This document shows positions 29,953 to 46,439 of a stretch of DNA of 64,000 nt, piece after piece. Positions within the stretch are counted from its first letter, which is position 1. Each line of letters begins with the position of its first letter. Location: assembly GCF_009914755.1 (NCBI RefSeq), contig NC_060932.1; one strand, 5' to 3'. The translations under genes and the position numbers were made by a program. The DNA comes from the human T2T-CHM13v2.0 reference genome, Homo sapiens. The notes under the pieces were generated by a model. That model saw nothing but the letters and a program-made list of their open reading frames with translations, had not been told where the DNA came from and did no database searches.

Positions 29953-32679
29953 TGAGGAAAGTGAGGAATAATATTTTTTAAAAATCAGTTCACAGCAGGG
30001 ACCAGGGCCAGCTGGAAGCCACATTCTGTCCGTCTAAAGGGAACCACTTTTTCTCAGCTCCGGGAAACAGTTGGCCCAGAGTTAAACAACCCTTACGTTG
30101 CCAGCTCTTCTGATTTTTTTTTAAAAGAGAAAGTAAAAAAAAAAAAAAAAATTTTAGTAAATTTACCTTTTTCCCTAAATGTTAGAAGCAAATTAAGTTT
30201 TTTTTAAAAACAAAACCAAAAACAAACAAAAACACCGTAAGGGCCAAGATTGTGGGGGCTAAACCAAACACCACTTTGGGCTGCCAGTGTGCAGCTTCTA
30301 AAAGGAGAAAGGATGTGAGCCCTGAGGTTGAACGGCCTTCTTATCTCAGTTCCCTACTGCCTGTAAAAATCTGTGAACCTGGGATACTTGCCTTTCCAAG
30401 TCTCAGATGCCTCGTACACAAGAGGTAGACAATGATAGTTTTGTCTCAGAGCATTGTAATGTTTACTAATATATGTATAGTAGCATCTATTTTATTATTT
30501 AAAAAAAAAGACTTTCATATTGGAGGCAGCTTAGAGGCAGAACTGTGGAGGCTGGAATCAACATCAGTTTGACCAGTCAGGGCTAAGCAGGTAACTGGAA
30601 GTACAAAAAGGCCCTTGAAAGTGGTCATCTTTACCTGGCAGTATATGAGTGGGACATTTGACTCTGGAACTAACGGAAAAACAAGGAGGGGAGAAAAAGA
30701 AAAACTAGAGGTGATAACTGGTGAGAAATAGTGTTTCTTAGAGTTAGAGCCATTAGACCGTGATACTTTAGTTTCTAAGGAGAAAACCAGAATGGAGAGA
30801 AAAAGTAGTGCATTCTCTCATGCCAAGCAGGTTCCATGCTTTATATCTTTAGTGGTATTGTCCAGCACACATTCTACTTGGTTGGGGTGGAGGGACTGGG
30901 GTGGGTGGGGGGTGGTGTGGGTGAGAAAGAGAGGCAGGCCTTGGTTTCTGTTTCCCACCCCCACCCCCATCCACCCAGCCCTACGGTGTAAGGAGAATAG
31001 TGATTGGTCATTGCTTAGACTTCCAGATAATAATTAGAAGAAGAGTTTTAAGTTCTTATGGTCTGTTCTATATCAGATCTTGTGCTTATACCTGATACAT
31101 ATTAGGTGCTTAACTCTGAAGGTAAATATCAGTTCCATTTTACTTGTGAGGGAACTGAGGTTCAGCACAGTTCAAGATGGTACTCTGGTTCACACAAAGC
31201 TCAATGACAGAGCTCATATACCAATCTCAGTCTTTTTGAAGCTTCACACTGTATAAAACTGTCTCCCATCAGTGAGGGGAAGGGAAAGTTTGAGGTGCTG
31301 CTGGGGCCTCTTTGTCTTTAAGCCCTTGAAGGACATGGATTCTGTAAGTTAGGGGGGCATCTCAAACCAACTATGTTTTATGTCAGTATTCAGGATTGAA
31401 TACGGCATCACATTGTCCTGAGGCTGATAAATCCTGAGGAATTAGCCTTCAGGTCATTCAGGACATTCTCTTCCTGGGCTGTCTTCAGCCATGTTTTTAC
31501 TCAGCTTTCTTCCCCAAACCCCTTTGTTTGGAGCAGGATAGACTACTATTCCATATACTCATCCCTGTATTTCACAGTGCATTTTTCCTTTGAAGAGAGC
31601 AAAGCTTGTGGAAGTCCTAGCCTGAAGCTTGGTTTGGGGAAGAGATTGGTAGGTAGATTTGGAATGTCAAAAGTGTTTTCCTCGATTGTGTAGGAAGTAT
31701 GATGCTAGGATGATATTTTATAAATGGTAGTAATAACAGTAACTATTGAAAAGAAGAAAAAGAAAAAGGCAAGTTAGTTTGATACATCTACCAATTCTTC
31801 TTGGCTGAAGAAAAAGCATCTAGGGACCAAAGGCTGATGTGATAGAACACTGATATGGGGGAGGTGAAGGAGTCTTAGAGGGAAGCCTAGTCCACCAGGT
31901 AAGCAATGAAATAAGTTATTTTTCAGAGCACTGTAGGGAACTGGAATCCATGCCTTATCTCTGAAGGATACAATGTACTGGACGGAGTTCTTGGCAATGA
32001 TGCCCATAGGATTTTACTTCATAGGTGGGAGCAAGGCCTCGACAAACAAAACAGATAACCATATAACACAAAGATACAAGTGCTATCAAGGTAGTTAATA
32101 AGTGGTCATCATGTCCTCATTGACATGACATCAGACTGAAGGGATAGTCCTCTTCCTCAGTCTAAAAGGAGTGTAGAAAGTACCATATCTGGGACTTGTA
32201 ACCTACTCTCAACCTCCATCCATCCTCCATCCCCTCCTTGACACCAATATGTCATTATCTTTCCTTCTCTCTCTAACCTGTTATCTTCCTGTCTTCCATC
32301 TGCTACCTTGTTTTCCTTTCCTCTCTCATCCAAGTGGCCAATGAATCTTTTTGGTTCTTCCTCCTGTATATATCTCCATAAATCTCTTCCCTTCTATCTA
32401 TTCCTCATGCTACTAGGTTTCTCTTTTTCAATCCCTCCTACTTCACCTAGTGTTAAGTACCGCCTTGGTAGCATTCTTTTCCCCCTAAATCTGACATGAA
32501 GCTCTGCCATCCATTGATGAAGGCTGAACTCCTTGATGTACAATGCCCCTTAGACATTTTTCCATGCCTAAACCACAGACCAATTTTTTTGTCACTCTAT
32601 TCCATAAGCCCTGAAGTCCTTACTTCAGAAACTTCTGGAGGAAACCCTAATAAATTGTATTCATTATTGAAGGATTTCA

Positions 32680-32982
<303 letters not shown>

Positions 32983-33574
32983 CGGACTTCATAATTTTTA
33001 AATTTTCTTTAGGGATTTGGGGATCTCTATTAAGCTTGATTTGAAACACAAATTACCTCTTAGGAATATATATTCTGCTCTTACACATTTCTCCTATCTT
33101 CCATAATGTTAATAACTTTAAAACACCCCAATAACTTAATCCATCATTAGCAAAGACCTGTTTGGTAGTGTTTCCAAGAACCATGCCTGTTTGATGTATT
33201 GTCCCACACTTAGTCGTGACAGTCCTGTGAGGCATTATGTCACTCAATGTTTTCACTCCAGAATAATAAATTGGAGAAATGAGACATCTGCCTGCAGTTT
33301 ATTCCAGTTATATCTTTTCCTCCCTGAAAAGGAAATGGCAACATTTCTAAAATGAGAAAGCTAGGTCAGCTTGATTCTTCAAAAAGCTACCCACAGATCC
33401 ATGTGACAATCACATCATTTTTTGTGTCTTAGTATAGTTGATTAAAACAAAAACAAATTTATCCCTTTCCTTGTAAAGGTGTTATATTAATTAACCAAAG
33501 AGAAAATGGAAACTGCTTATGAGTCAGGCACTACACTAGCTCCAGGGGCACAGGGATGGTAGACTGAGTCCTCC

Positions 33575-33815
33575 ACGGAGGTGGTGGAGTAGAGTGGTTG
33601 GTTAAGAGTATGAACTTTGGGCTCAAGTCCTGCTTCTCTTATTTACCAAGTGTGTGTCCTTGAGTATGTGACCTGGGCCTAAGTCTTAATTTCTTCAGCT
33701 GAAGAAATGAAAATGATTGTGGTAATATCTCATAGGGTTGGGCTCGATGAAATGAGTTAATACATGCAAAGTACCTGGCATATGTAATAAACTTTTAGTG
33801 AATAGTAACAATTTA
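33575..33815 (+). mobile_element. MIR SINE (further MIR/L2 relics near 28010-28480, 30310-30480, 31060-31260, 35370-35500, 38710-38965, 40290-40530, 41720-41940, 43000-43950)
   Basis: GTGGTTGGTTAAGAG...GTGTGTCCTTGAG...ATCTCATAGGGTT...AAATGAGTTAATACATGCAAAGTACC is a MIR core pattern. Confidence 0.65.
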
Positions 33816-34033
33816 TTTTGTTTAATATGGTAGACAAGTATATAGGCTATTACAATAAAGTAAATATTTTAATATTAGAGATGAACATAGCACATGGTCG
33901 CTATAGACACCCTTCTCTAATTAGATGGTTAGATACTCAAAAGTAGCTCATGGATCCCATCGATGTCATAGGAGTGCCTAATGTTTGAGTGCTTACAGAA
34001 TGCTAGGAAATGTGTAATTCTCACAATAAGTTT

Positions 34034-34271
34034 AAAAAATTATTGACACATAATATTTGTACATATTTATGGAGTACATGTGATATTTTGTGACATGCAT
34101 GTGACAAGAACATGTATTTGGAGTATTTATCACCTCAAGTATTTGTCATTTCTACATGTTAGGAACATTTTAAGCTTCTAACTATTTTAAAATATATGGT
34201 ATGTTATTGTTAACTATAATCACCCCATTCTGCTATTGAACATTAGAACTTATTCCCTCTAACTGTATGTT
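34034..34271 (-). mobile_element. L1MA 3' end inserted in a MIR
   Basis: TACATATTTATGGAGTACATGTGATATTT...GAACATTAGAACTTATTCC. TSD TCACAAT(A/G)AGTTT at 34021-34033 and 34272-34284. Confidence 0.8.
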
Positions 34272-35789
34272 TCACAATGAGTTTTTAAGGTAGGTGCTAT
34301 TGCTGTCTGTTTCACAAAGAATCTGAGAACACAGAGAGGTTGAGTAGCTTGTACAATATTCCCCAGCTTCCTGCAAGGCTCAGGCAAGATCTCCAGGAAA
34401 AGGGATGCCTACTGGACATATCAGTAAATCCCTGTATACATGACAAGCAGTAATTGGGTAAATATGAGCATAGGAGGCAAGTTGCCTGCTGTCAAGGGGG
34501 TAAAGGGATATGATTAAGGAGTGGAGGGTCATGGAGATAGAGAAGAGAGAAAGAGACCCATACTGGGTCTGTGGGGGTTGGGGTAAGATGACTACTTGAT
34601 TAGAAACTCCTTTAGAATGAGACTTGCTTTATTCTTCTTTCTTATGACACATAGGGGGTATTAGAGCATTTTGTATAAAGTAGTTGTCAGTAAATTAACG
34701 TAGAAAAATAATCAGTGAAATATTACTTGTTATAGCCAGTAGATTCAGAAGAAAGGACAAGAACCAACCCACATAAGCATTATGTTGTAAGAACTTGGAT
34801 TATAAAATCACTAGTGTCTCTGTCAAGAGATGTTGACTGTGTCAGGGGACAATTCTTTGTAGTGAAGAAGCTGGAAGAATCAACTTAGAATCACTGTAGA
34901 TTATAATTTTTTAATGAAAGAAGACTGGAAAACAGGCAGAGTAGAGTCTCCTAAACTTAAAGGATTGAAAGCAGGCAAGACAGAGTATACGGTGGTGTTT
35001 CACTTTGAACACTTTTGCCACCAGTGCTCTAGTGACATTTGTCACAAGCAGCCTTGCTGAACAATGTTAACCAACTTGGGTAACATTCTCAAACATGGTC
35101 TAACTCAGTAAAAATTTTATCTCATGAGTTGTCTGACACTGAAGACAGGCTACTTAGTCACCTTGCAGCATTTCAAACTTTTTAGCAGGCTTTGTTTGGT
35201 AGTGCACAGACCCTGTCTTGATGACTTGCTACCTGAATGAATGCACCTTGCAAAGGAGCACCATTCACCAAGACACTGGGATGATGGTTATTCACACCTG
35301 CTTGAGGCTCTGCTCCTAGAGGCAGATGTGACTGCAATATCCAACTCCACCCATGACACCAAGCTTTTAGGTGAAAAGAACAGGCATTATCATCCTTATT
35401 CTCCATTTGAAGAGACTGAGTCTTGAAGCGGTTAACCGAGGTGTCTTGGGTCACACAGTCAGTGGAAGGCCAGGATATAAACTTCAGTCATCTGAACGAA
35501 GGCCCAGTACTCCCTCTCCTCCAAAGTTCCTTCTGCAGAGCAATCATGGGGGTTGTTTCAAAAACCAAAATCTCTTCCCAGGTCAAAATCCAGAGAACCT
35601 ACAGAAATGTGGATGGCATGTGCTCTATGGGAATTAAATGAATTATTAGGATTGTGTAATTATTAATAAATAGCCCTGCAGAGTCCATCTAATTCCTGGA
35701 TCCAATATACTAAATACAGAATGCCTGAATCTATTCTACATAATGAGCCATATATGGTTTACTACACACACTTGTATTGTAAGCTATAA

Positions 35790-36165
35790 ACTATTCTACT
35801 TGGGCTGCTGTGCCAAAATGCCACAGGCTGGGTGGCTTGAACAGCAGAAACTTATTTTCTCACAGTCTGGGGCTGGAAGTTGATGATCAAGGTGTCTACA
35901 GGACTTGTTTCCTCTGGTTTATTCTTTGGTTTACAGATGACCGCCTTCTCACATGATAATTTTCCTTGGGCACACACTGTGTCTTATTCTCCTCTTATAA
36001 ATACAAGGGTTCCACTCCTACTGGATTAGGACTTGCTCAAATGATTGCATTTTACCTTAACTACCTCTTTAAAGGACCAATCTCCAAATACAGCCACATT
36101 TTGAGGTATTGGGTATTAGGACTTCCACACAGGAATTTTGCAGGTAGTGCAGTTTAGTCCATAAT
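35790..36165 (-). mobile_element. MLT1A-like MaLR LTR
   Basis: CCACAGGCTGGGTGGCTTGAACAGCAGAAA...CCTCTTTAAAGGACCAATCTCCAAATACAGCCACATT. Confidence 0.8.
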
Positions 36166-36306
36166 AGCTGTATATTGTGGTTTCTATTTTCTTTTCTTTC
36201 TTTTTTATTTTCTCCCAATCTATCTCTGGTTTCTCTTCCCTAAGGAAATTCTGATGATTATTAGCAAGTCTATACACTTAAAGGAGTAGTTATGGTTTTC
36301 TCTGGA

Positions 36307-36612
36307 CCAGCATTGTCAATAGAAATATAATGTGAACCATGAAAGTAACTTTAACTTTTCTAGTAGCCACGCTAAAAATAAAAATAGGCGGAATAAATTT
36401 TAATAATATATTGTATTTGGCCCAGTATACTCCAAACATTATCGTTTCAACATGTAATCAGTATAAAAATTAGGGAAACTATTTTACTTTCTTTGTACTA
36501 CATCTTCAAAATCTGGCGTGTGTTTTCTGCTACAGCCCATCTCAATTTGGACTCGACACATTTCAAGCGCTCCAAAGCCACGTGTGATAAGTGGCTGTCA
36601 TTTTGAAGGCCT
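36307..36612. mobile_element. MER33-like hAT MITE
   Basis: CAATAGAAATATAATGTGAACCA...TTTCTAGTAGCCAC...TTTCAACATGTAATCA...CACATTTCAAG. Confidence 0.75.
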
Positions 36613-39600
36613 AGACTCTCATCTTTGGGTCTCACATGACTGCCTGCTTCAAGCTTTGCTAACTACGTCTTAATCTTTACTTGTGTACTTGCTGAAAGCA
36701 AGCTCTCACCCCAACACTCTCATCAGTGGATTTCAATGGAAGACATAGGTACTCTTAAATGTGCTCTAAAAAGTATCCAACTATAGCCTGTTTCTCTCCT
36801 GGTCTCAAACTTAAATCTCAAAGGAAGCAATAGGTCATGCAAATGTGTGAATTTGGCTACAGGTAAGATGAAAGAAATGCTTGGACCTGTGAGGAATTTG
36901 AACGTGGGCCCTGCTTAAATTCAAAATTAAAAACCAGAACCAAAAAAGCATCGCGCCAGTCCAAAATATTTTTTAGGACAGTATTTAACCCCAAGATAAT
37001 CCAACTGACATGCCTGTGTTCTCTTTGGTACCTGAATTATTTCACAGGAGCAACATTTTATTTAAGCAAAACAAATGAGTATTTTATGTGAAACCTTTCT
37101 TGATTGCAGGTATCACTGTCTATTATTATCTATTGATGTATTCCTTGCTCATTGATAATAGTGTCTTAATGTTCTATGCCATACGCCATACTATTATGCC
37201 AGCCTCACCTTCTGGTATCAGTAGCTTGGGGCATTGCCATTTAAATTCATGATTACAGTATTCCCGTTACACCATATGTTAAAATACATAGACTGGACAT
37301 CATCCTGTGGGTAATGCTATATTTTCCTTCCTTAAGTACGGTGAGAGTTTTTATCTTGGTGACAAACAAAAATGGGAAAGGTCTTTTTCCCTGGATGAAA
37401 AGGTTTTATCCATGTGACCTCGTGGGGGAGTTCTTTCTTAGCATTTAGGAAAATTAGCTGAGTGGAAGGCTAAGTTATCTCCTGCATTCTCCTGTCCCAG
37501 CTTGTACTCTTTGCCTTATTATCAGTGTGACAATAAACTAGTGGGAAAAATCTGTGTTTGGTCACAGCCAGAGGTGAGTGGCTGGTTATTATATTTTCTC
37601 ATTTGGGAAACAATTCATTGTAGCCCTCGAGACAGGGATGTGTTTTTATTTCTCTCCCTCTCTCCAGCTTGCTTTCCCCTGTTTCTCTGCAGTAATCAGT
37701 GCATAGTTCCTTAAGCTACATTAGGTTTAAAATGCCATATTTTCAGGGAAAGCATCTAGCAAATTAAGAGGTTAAAAAATCTGCCTTTCCCTCCCCTATG
37801 TATTATATAAAAAGCTTGTTTTGCCAAATTCGTGTTTTTGTGCTCTGATAAGTTTCCTCATTATTAAAGCCCACCATCAATGGCTAATCAACTCTCCCAC
37901 AGGGAACATTTGCATATTGTACAAAAGGGGAAAACTCCAGTCAAACAAGGAAGTAAATTTGGCATCTTTAGGCAAACCCTTAACATGAATTTTTAAAAGA
38001 CTGTGTGTGTATGGAAGTTGGGGCAACAGGTTGATCAAATGAGGACTCTGATTGCTTAATCTATTTTCTTCTAATACAAGCTTGGGCCATCTAGTTATTG
38101 GAATAGATCATGAAAATGGAAAAAAGAGAAGAAAGCACAAATGCTTCATGTTATACATCTGTTCCTTATTGCTTACAGCTCCAGGCAGCCTTAAGAATCA
38201 ACTTTTATTAACTCCCTATTAGAGGACCATTTCCCTTATGATTTGATTATTAGAAAGAATATATTTGAAATCTACATTTCCATATAGATAGAACCACTCT
38301 GTTTTTATGGCCCTGATGCACCCTTAAATACTCACAAAGGGACTCAATCTGCATTTCCTCAGTTGATTGTTTACGAGAAAGAAATGTGAACAAAATCCAC
38401 TGAGCTAAGAAAGACAGGGTCCAGGTTAGGGAATGATGAATGGCAAACATTGGCTATCTTGAGCCTCATTAGATAAAAGAAGTATTTTTATTTTCTTTGT
38501 CCTCGACAAGCACATCAATTAAGGGAAAATTACTCTTTGATTTTTTCTCTCTTTTCTCCATTCAAGGAAATATGTATTTTCTCTCTTCCCTCTTCTTCTC
38601 TCCTTTTTGCCACTTAATATACATACTAAGGATGCACAAACTCCTGCAAAAGTCCTGCTGACTATACAGGTTTAAGTGCTCATTATCCAATTCCATGCTG
38701 GCATTAATAATAGTTAACATGTACTGACCTACTGACCGTTTACTTTACGCCAGGCATTGAGAGTATTCCATCACTTAATCTTCACAACTACCTATGTGAT
38801 AGGTGCTGCTATTATTATTCCCATCCACTAGACAAGGAACCTGTGGATTAGAGGGTCCAAGAAAATTGCCCAAGATTGTATATAGAGTTGATAAAGGATG
38901 AGCTGGGAATCAAATTTAGGAAGCATGAATCAGTAGTCCAGATTCTTAACCTTTCTGCTTTACTGCCTACAAAGTAGGTCCAAACCATGATCTCATTTGA
39001 TTCCCACACCAAGCCTGTGAGACATTTATTATCATCATTCCCATTCTAAAGACATACTTAAGCTCAGGGTGGCACATCCCTTGGACACGTTCACTCAGCT
39101 GATAAGTGATAAATCTGCTGTTTTTCTGTTACTCGTGTTGTAAGATATTTTGGAGGAATAGGTAGGTATAGGTCCTGTCTGCAGGAAAGTGTGCAGACAC
39201 TCCGAAGGGGACTCTAGGTCTCTCTGATATCTTTTATAGATATAGGACCCCAGAATGCACTTGAAGTTTAGAGTAACGTGTGAGGTGGAACTCTATGCAG
39301 ACAGTGGATATCCTCACACCCCCTACCCCCCAACAAATTCTATATTTACTTGATTATGGTTGGAACATACTGCCTCTCTTGAGACATCCAGAATAACAAG
39401 TTGAGAATTGCTGCAATAATAGAACAAGGGGAAATTAATCCTTTCTAGCATTTTTCCTGTTTCAGCATGAAAACTTTGAGTTGAAGGTGCAATAATGAGT
39501 AGAAAAAAATTAGTTAAATACAATTATGTAACAGTAGAATTGCTCCAAATTGATTCTCTCCCCTCATTATTTTTTATTCCATTTTATCTTCCTAGGGAGT

Positions 39601-41262
39601 GCTCATTCAGGACAGAAGTCATCTTAAAGAATAGCAATAGGGTTTGTTTTTACAATTTGGGTTAACAGAGACAGTGATCCTGGTGGATTAAGATGTCTTT
39701 TTTTTTTTTTTTTTTTTTTTAGAATTTCATTTTCACTGTGTGCTTCACAGGTGGGTATGCAATTATACAACTGCTGTGATCAAGTAAAAGCTGGGAGCTG
39801 GGCTCGGAGTGTGTGCTTCTCTCTAGTGAAGGGAAGACTTTTTTCCAGTAAAAATTCTGCTAATCATTTTATGAGTGATAATTCATAAGAGCTCAAAGGT
39901 GCATTAGAGGTAATATAGTTCAAATCCCTTACTCAGTAGATAAGTTAACTGATATTTAGAAAAATTGACTTTTCCAATCTCTTCTCAGGATGGGATTGTG
40001 AAACATGCAGGAAAGACCCAGGCTGGCTGGAAGTGGAGATAAAGGGAGAATATCAGATTGAAATAGGGAACATGTCCAGCCAGTTCTTCAAGCAGAGAAA
40101 GCCTAAAATAATATTAAGAACCTACATGTGGAAGAAAAGATGAGATCAGAGACATCAAGACTGAAAGAGTGGTTTGTGTAAAATTTCAAAAGCAATGGCA
40201 TCCTCATGTATTCCCATAGCAGAATCAATTTGTCATGCCCGAGACTGAATGGACAAGACCCTAGATCGCCTTGTTTTCTACCTCCTTATGGTGCCAATAT
40301 TGCAGAGTGTGTTGGGAGTGAGCCACGCAGGCTCTGGAGTCTTAAGTCCAACGTGGGATAAACTCTCCACTCTGCCGCTGTGACCTTGGGCATATTACTT
40401 GTCTTGGTTTTCTCAAATTTAAGTTAGTATAATACCTCATAGCATTGTGAAGATAAAATAATATATGAAAAGCATTTAGCATAGTTGCTGGCACAAAGTG
40501 AATTTGCAGTAAGTGATAGTTACTATGATTGCTGACTAAGATGGCACAGCTAGTGCTTTCTGTTTTTTTAGAGAGTGTGCTTCACTTCAACACTGATCTC
40601 CTTTCTGATCCCAGGAGCAGGCATTTGAGATGGCTGGCTGGGGACAGGATGCCATCAGGGATCTTTCTGGGTGAACGCTCTGGTTCCTACAGGAATTGGC
40701 TTTTGGCTTCACCATCAGCATGTTCTAACCAACTGAACACGTGGCCCAGATAAAAATCTGATTGTCAGCTGAAGTCACAGCTCAGAGTTGTGAAACTTAG
40801 TCCCAGTAGACACTTCTAGTTTGGTAGGAAAAACAGGATTTCTAGGCTAAGATTAGGCATAAGGCAAGCTAATGATGGGAAATTCTCACACCTTTTGTTT
40901 TGGGCATAGCCTTTTGTTTTGCCTGATCCATCAGTAAAAAACAACTGCATGGGCAAAAGGTGAATCATTTATATGAAAGAGTTGAGAATCCTTATTTAGA
41001 AATAGACCAGAGAGGAGAAAGTTGACATCACAGTACCATTGACTTACTAAAGAAAAATTTATGTAGAAATTATTCAAATTTAGAACTACCTGGTGTGGGA
41101 AGTTGGAGGGGATGTCCCAATTTTTTTTTCAAATGCTGAGGTTAGGATGAGTGAGTGATTGAGGTAGTTTTAAGGGCCATAGGTATATGGAAAATACTTT
41201 TTGGAGCTTCAGTGAATATTTTGAAGCATGGCTTTTTGAACTCAAAGCTGCCATTAGGGTCC

Positions 41263-41582
<320 letters not shown>

Positions 41583-42048
41583 TCTCTCTCAATTTTTTAA
41601 TTTGTTTTATTTATGATTTTTATGCTCAGTGGAGTGGCTGGCTTGTAGTATGTGTTCAATAAATATTTATTAAACGAATGGATGCAGTTCTACAAGAGGC
41701 CCTTACAACACTAATACTAGCCGATATCTATTGGGAAACTACTATGTGTTAGGTTTTGAGTATTTCGTATACGTTAACTCATGCCATTCTCTCAACCACC
41801 ATCGAAGATAGGCATTATTATTATCCCCATTTTATAGAGGAAATACAAAAAAATTAAATAAGTTATCAAAAGCCACCAGTTAGGAGGGAGGAGAGCCATG
41901 ATTCAGACTCTAGCGATCTTGTCCCAGAGCTTTCTGTCTTTACCATTGAAGCTTCATTGTGGTCCTAAGGCTACTGTGATGAATAAGGGCAAGTCCCTGT
42001 TTTTAAGGGATACTCAAATTTAGGAGTAGACAAATATAAAACTATTCA

Positions 42049-42755
<707 letters not shown>

Positions 42756-44171
42756 GCCACTAAGAGGAGTAGTCATGATTCAGGTGTGTCTTAGTGTTGG
42801 TGTGTTCAGAAATGTGAATTCAGGGCTACCAGATTTGATAGTTTTTTTTTTTTTAATGCTGTAAATCTAGGAGTGTTTTGTCAGAAATATCCTGATTAAA
42901 AAATTTACGTTTAATATTAAATCCTTTTAACTCAAAGAAAATACCTGTATGTTATATTTGGCCCATAAGCCTTTAGTTGGGAACCTCTGATATAACTCAT
43001 GTAGGCATCAGCTCAGGGTTTGGCACATAATGAGCTTTCCCTAAATTGTTATTAGACAGTGAAAAATGCTGCAATGGAGTAGACTCCAGAGGGACGCTAG
43101 ATCATCCAGCTCTGGAGGTAAGGGTGGAAGGGAAAATTGGTGGCCTGGAAATGCCTTTGTAGGAGATAAAGCTCGAGTGGACACCTGAAGAATGATTTGT
43201 CATTGTCTAGGTAAGGGAGAGGGCAGCAAGAGAGTGCTTTCTAGGTAAAGGGAGCAGTTGTCAGTGGCCCTGAGAAAGAGGAAGTATGGCCTTTTGGTGA
43301 ACTACAAGTTGTACAATATGTTTGGGGCATGGAGTTAAAAATGGGGGGTGATGATGCTTGAGGGAGGGAGGGAAAATGAGGGCCAAATTGTTAAACTTTA
43401 TCGAGAGAGCAAGGGGAGTAATTGAGTTTGAAGCAAAGCAAAGGTAGATTAGATTTGCCTTTTAGGAAGACTGCCCTGGAAATAATGTGAAGGCTGAATT
43501 AGAAGTGGTCAGGGTGAAGGAAGGGAAACCAGTTCGCATGCAACGCAAGAGATGATGGTGGTTTGAACTTAAATAATGGCAGTAGAAACAGAGGACATAT
43601 TTGAGAAATGCCTAAGAGGGAGAATTAACTTGTGATTGGTTGGGTGTGGAGTGAGGGAGAGAATGAATTAAAGATGACTTTCTGTCTTCTTTGGACAATG
43701 GACTGGAATAATATGTCCTTCCCTGAGCTACAGAGCACAGAACGTCTGTAAGCCAAAGGGCAGATGAATTTAGTTTTACATATGCTAAGTTTGAAGTACC
43801 TGTTGGTGATGGAGAAGCTTGTATTTAAAAGCAAGAGATCTGGGCTTGAGATATACATTTGGTATTTACCAGTGGATAGATAATAACAGAGGTCCTGGGA
43901 ATATTTGGAGTTGGAAGAGATGAGGGCTGAAAGAGGAAGCAAAGTTGGAGAAGGAGACCCTTGATAAGTTAAATTGAACTCCTGACCTTGCTCTGTCTCA
44001 AAACTTCTCTCATTCTGCTTGTATCTGTAGCTAAGATTTGAAATTCTCCATTAAAGCAAAGATAGTCATGTCCTATAATGGAGATTTCTAAAGAACGAGG
44101 CATCCATTACCTTATATACAAATAAATTATTAAGGTAGTAAGCAAGTAGCTTCGTCAAGGTCAGTGGGAGA

Positions 44172-44212
44172 CTCAGGATGACTTTCTATTGCATATATGC
44201 TGTGTGGCATAT
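44172..44212 (+). repeat. 41-bp perfect direct copy of 46342-46382
   Basis: CTCAGGATGACTTTCTATTGCATATATGCTGTGTGGCATAT is read identically at both sites. Confidence 0.95.
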
Positions 44213-46016
44213 TCAACATGTTAATATCATAAATGCCATTTAGAGATGTAGATAATATGAACTCTAAAGTAATACTTAGGATCACTTTGGAAAAAAGGAA
44301 ATAATCTTGCTAAAGATAAGAGGGAAATAATAATTTATGACTATTTACACACTGTTAGTACATAAACAATAAATAAAATCCTTGCAAGCATACAAACAAA
44401 GAATTGCTGCTCTTCAGATCCCAAGCCCTAGAACAAGGTTAGTAACTCCTTTCTCACAGGCATTGCAAAACATAATTACCTGAGCTTTGTAATTCTTTAA
44501 GATCTGAGCTTAAATCAGACATGCTACTGAAGGATCTTATATATCCAGTTATATAACAAGCACACATCACAATTTGTTGTCTTCATTTTAGCAAGAATAT
44601 GAGCATTAGAAGAAGCCCGTCAAGGAAAGAGAGCTGAAAATAGAATGATAAATGCGTGACAAATCCAAAGAAGAAAAACGTCTAAGAGAACTTTGTCTAC
44701 CTATATGAGCATCTTTAAGGTGTTAATTTCCTGCATCAGTAGGATTGCCTCTAAAGACACATGGTTCCAAGGATTTTTCAAATACAAAGTTATGAAGATG
44801 TGTTACATACTAATGCATCACAGATGGGGTTCTCACTTCAATTAGAGCTGGCTTTAGAACATCAAGGGTTAATGTTAGGAGAATGGGAAGTGTTTGAGCA
44901 AAGGAAGTGTTTTGGAAATACGGTGCCATGCATGTTTCCGAGTTCTATTTGACTCTTTATTGGTAAAATGACTGCAATAGCAATTGGTGAATTTTTTTCA
45001 GACCTTTCTGGAGTTCTGATGAAGGCAGCTTCGCCTCAGCTAGGCCTTGAAGCCTGTTTCAGGAATTGAACAAAATCCAGGTGATTTGAAAAGTTCTGCA
45101 TCACCTGCTTTTATCTTCATCATCACTAACCCAAGCAATGTCTGGAAATCTCCTTGAGCTCCGTACTTCCTTATGTTATCTTCTTTCAAAAAGCACATGG
45201 ACTTCTACAGCCTTAATTTTTTTTTCTGTCTCCCAGAAATGAAGAGGAGGAAATATATTACCTAATTGCAGTCAAGCCCTCTAGGTAACAAAATCCCCTC
45301 TCCTTTCATTTCAGGGAGCTTGTATAAGCAAAAATGAAAGACAATCTCCGTCTTTTTTGCTAGCACACTGGGTAGGATGCTTTTATACCAGAGGATGAAA
45401 TAAAAGAGGTCACTGTTCAGCGGGCCACTCTCTCAGTTAAGCGGCTCTGTTCTCAGCACTTTGTGAATACTAAGGTTACCTCATCCCCATGGCTATCAGA
45501 ATATGAATTGTATGGTCTTGAAAATGCCTAATGGTTCTACCTGTCCATTTGAAGTTTAAAAGTATATCACTCTTACAGCTTGGCTTTGGTTTGCAGTGCT
45601 GGGTACTAGAAGGGCAGAAATGGAGCTGCTCTTACAGCATGCAGTGATAAGTGAGCTGCTCAGGGCAGAATATCATTGTTATGGATGTGGGGGTAGAAAT
45701 CTCCAGTCTAATGGGCATTTTACAGCTTTGTTTAGATTGGCTTATTTTCCTCTGGCTGAGCACCAGTGTCTTGAAGTGTCATATTCAGAGCCTGCCTCTC
45801 ATCTCCAGTATCGTTGAGTATTATGTTGAAACCAGAACATGCTGCTGGGGCAAAGAGCTTAGGAGAAGATGGTTTGGAATGGGGCTATTATAAATAGCTT
45901 GTAGAGTTACCAGTGAAAAGTGATAGGCCTCAATGTATCAGCTAAGGTTTTATGCAAGATAAAACATCTCAAAATTATCATACAGAAGTCTCAGCTACAC
46001 TGTCAGGATAGATTAA

Positions 46017-46439
<423 letters not shown>

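Noticed and set aside
44043-44483. Frame with no TGA for ~146 codons (alternative genetic code?)
   Set aside because: It has many TAA/TAG stops and no recognisable protein; this is compatible with chance across six frames.
44631-44646. 16-mer GAGCTGAAAATAGAAT also at 21301-21316, and other 12-14-mer matches
   Set aside because: Short and AT-rich; within what chance can give in 64 kb.
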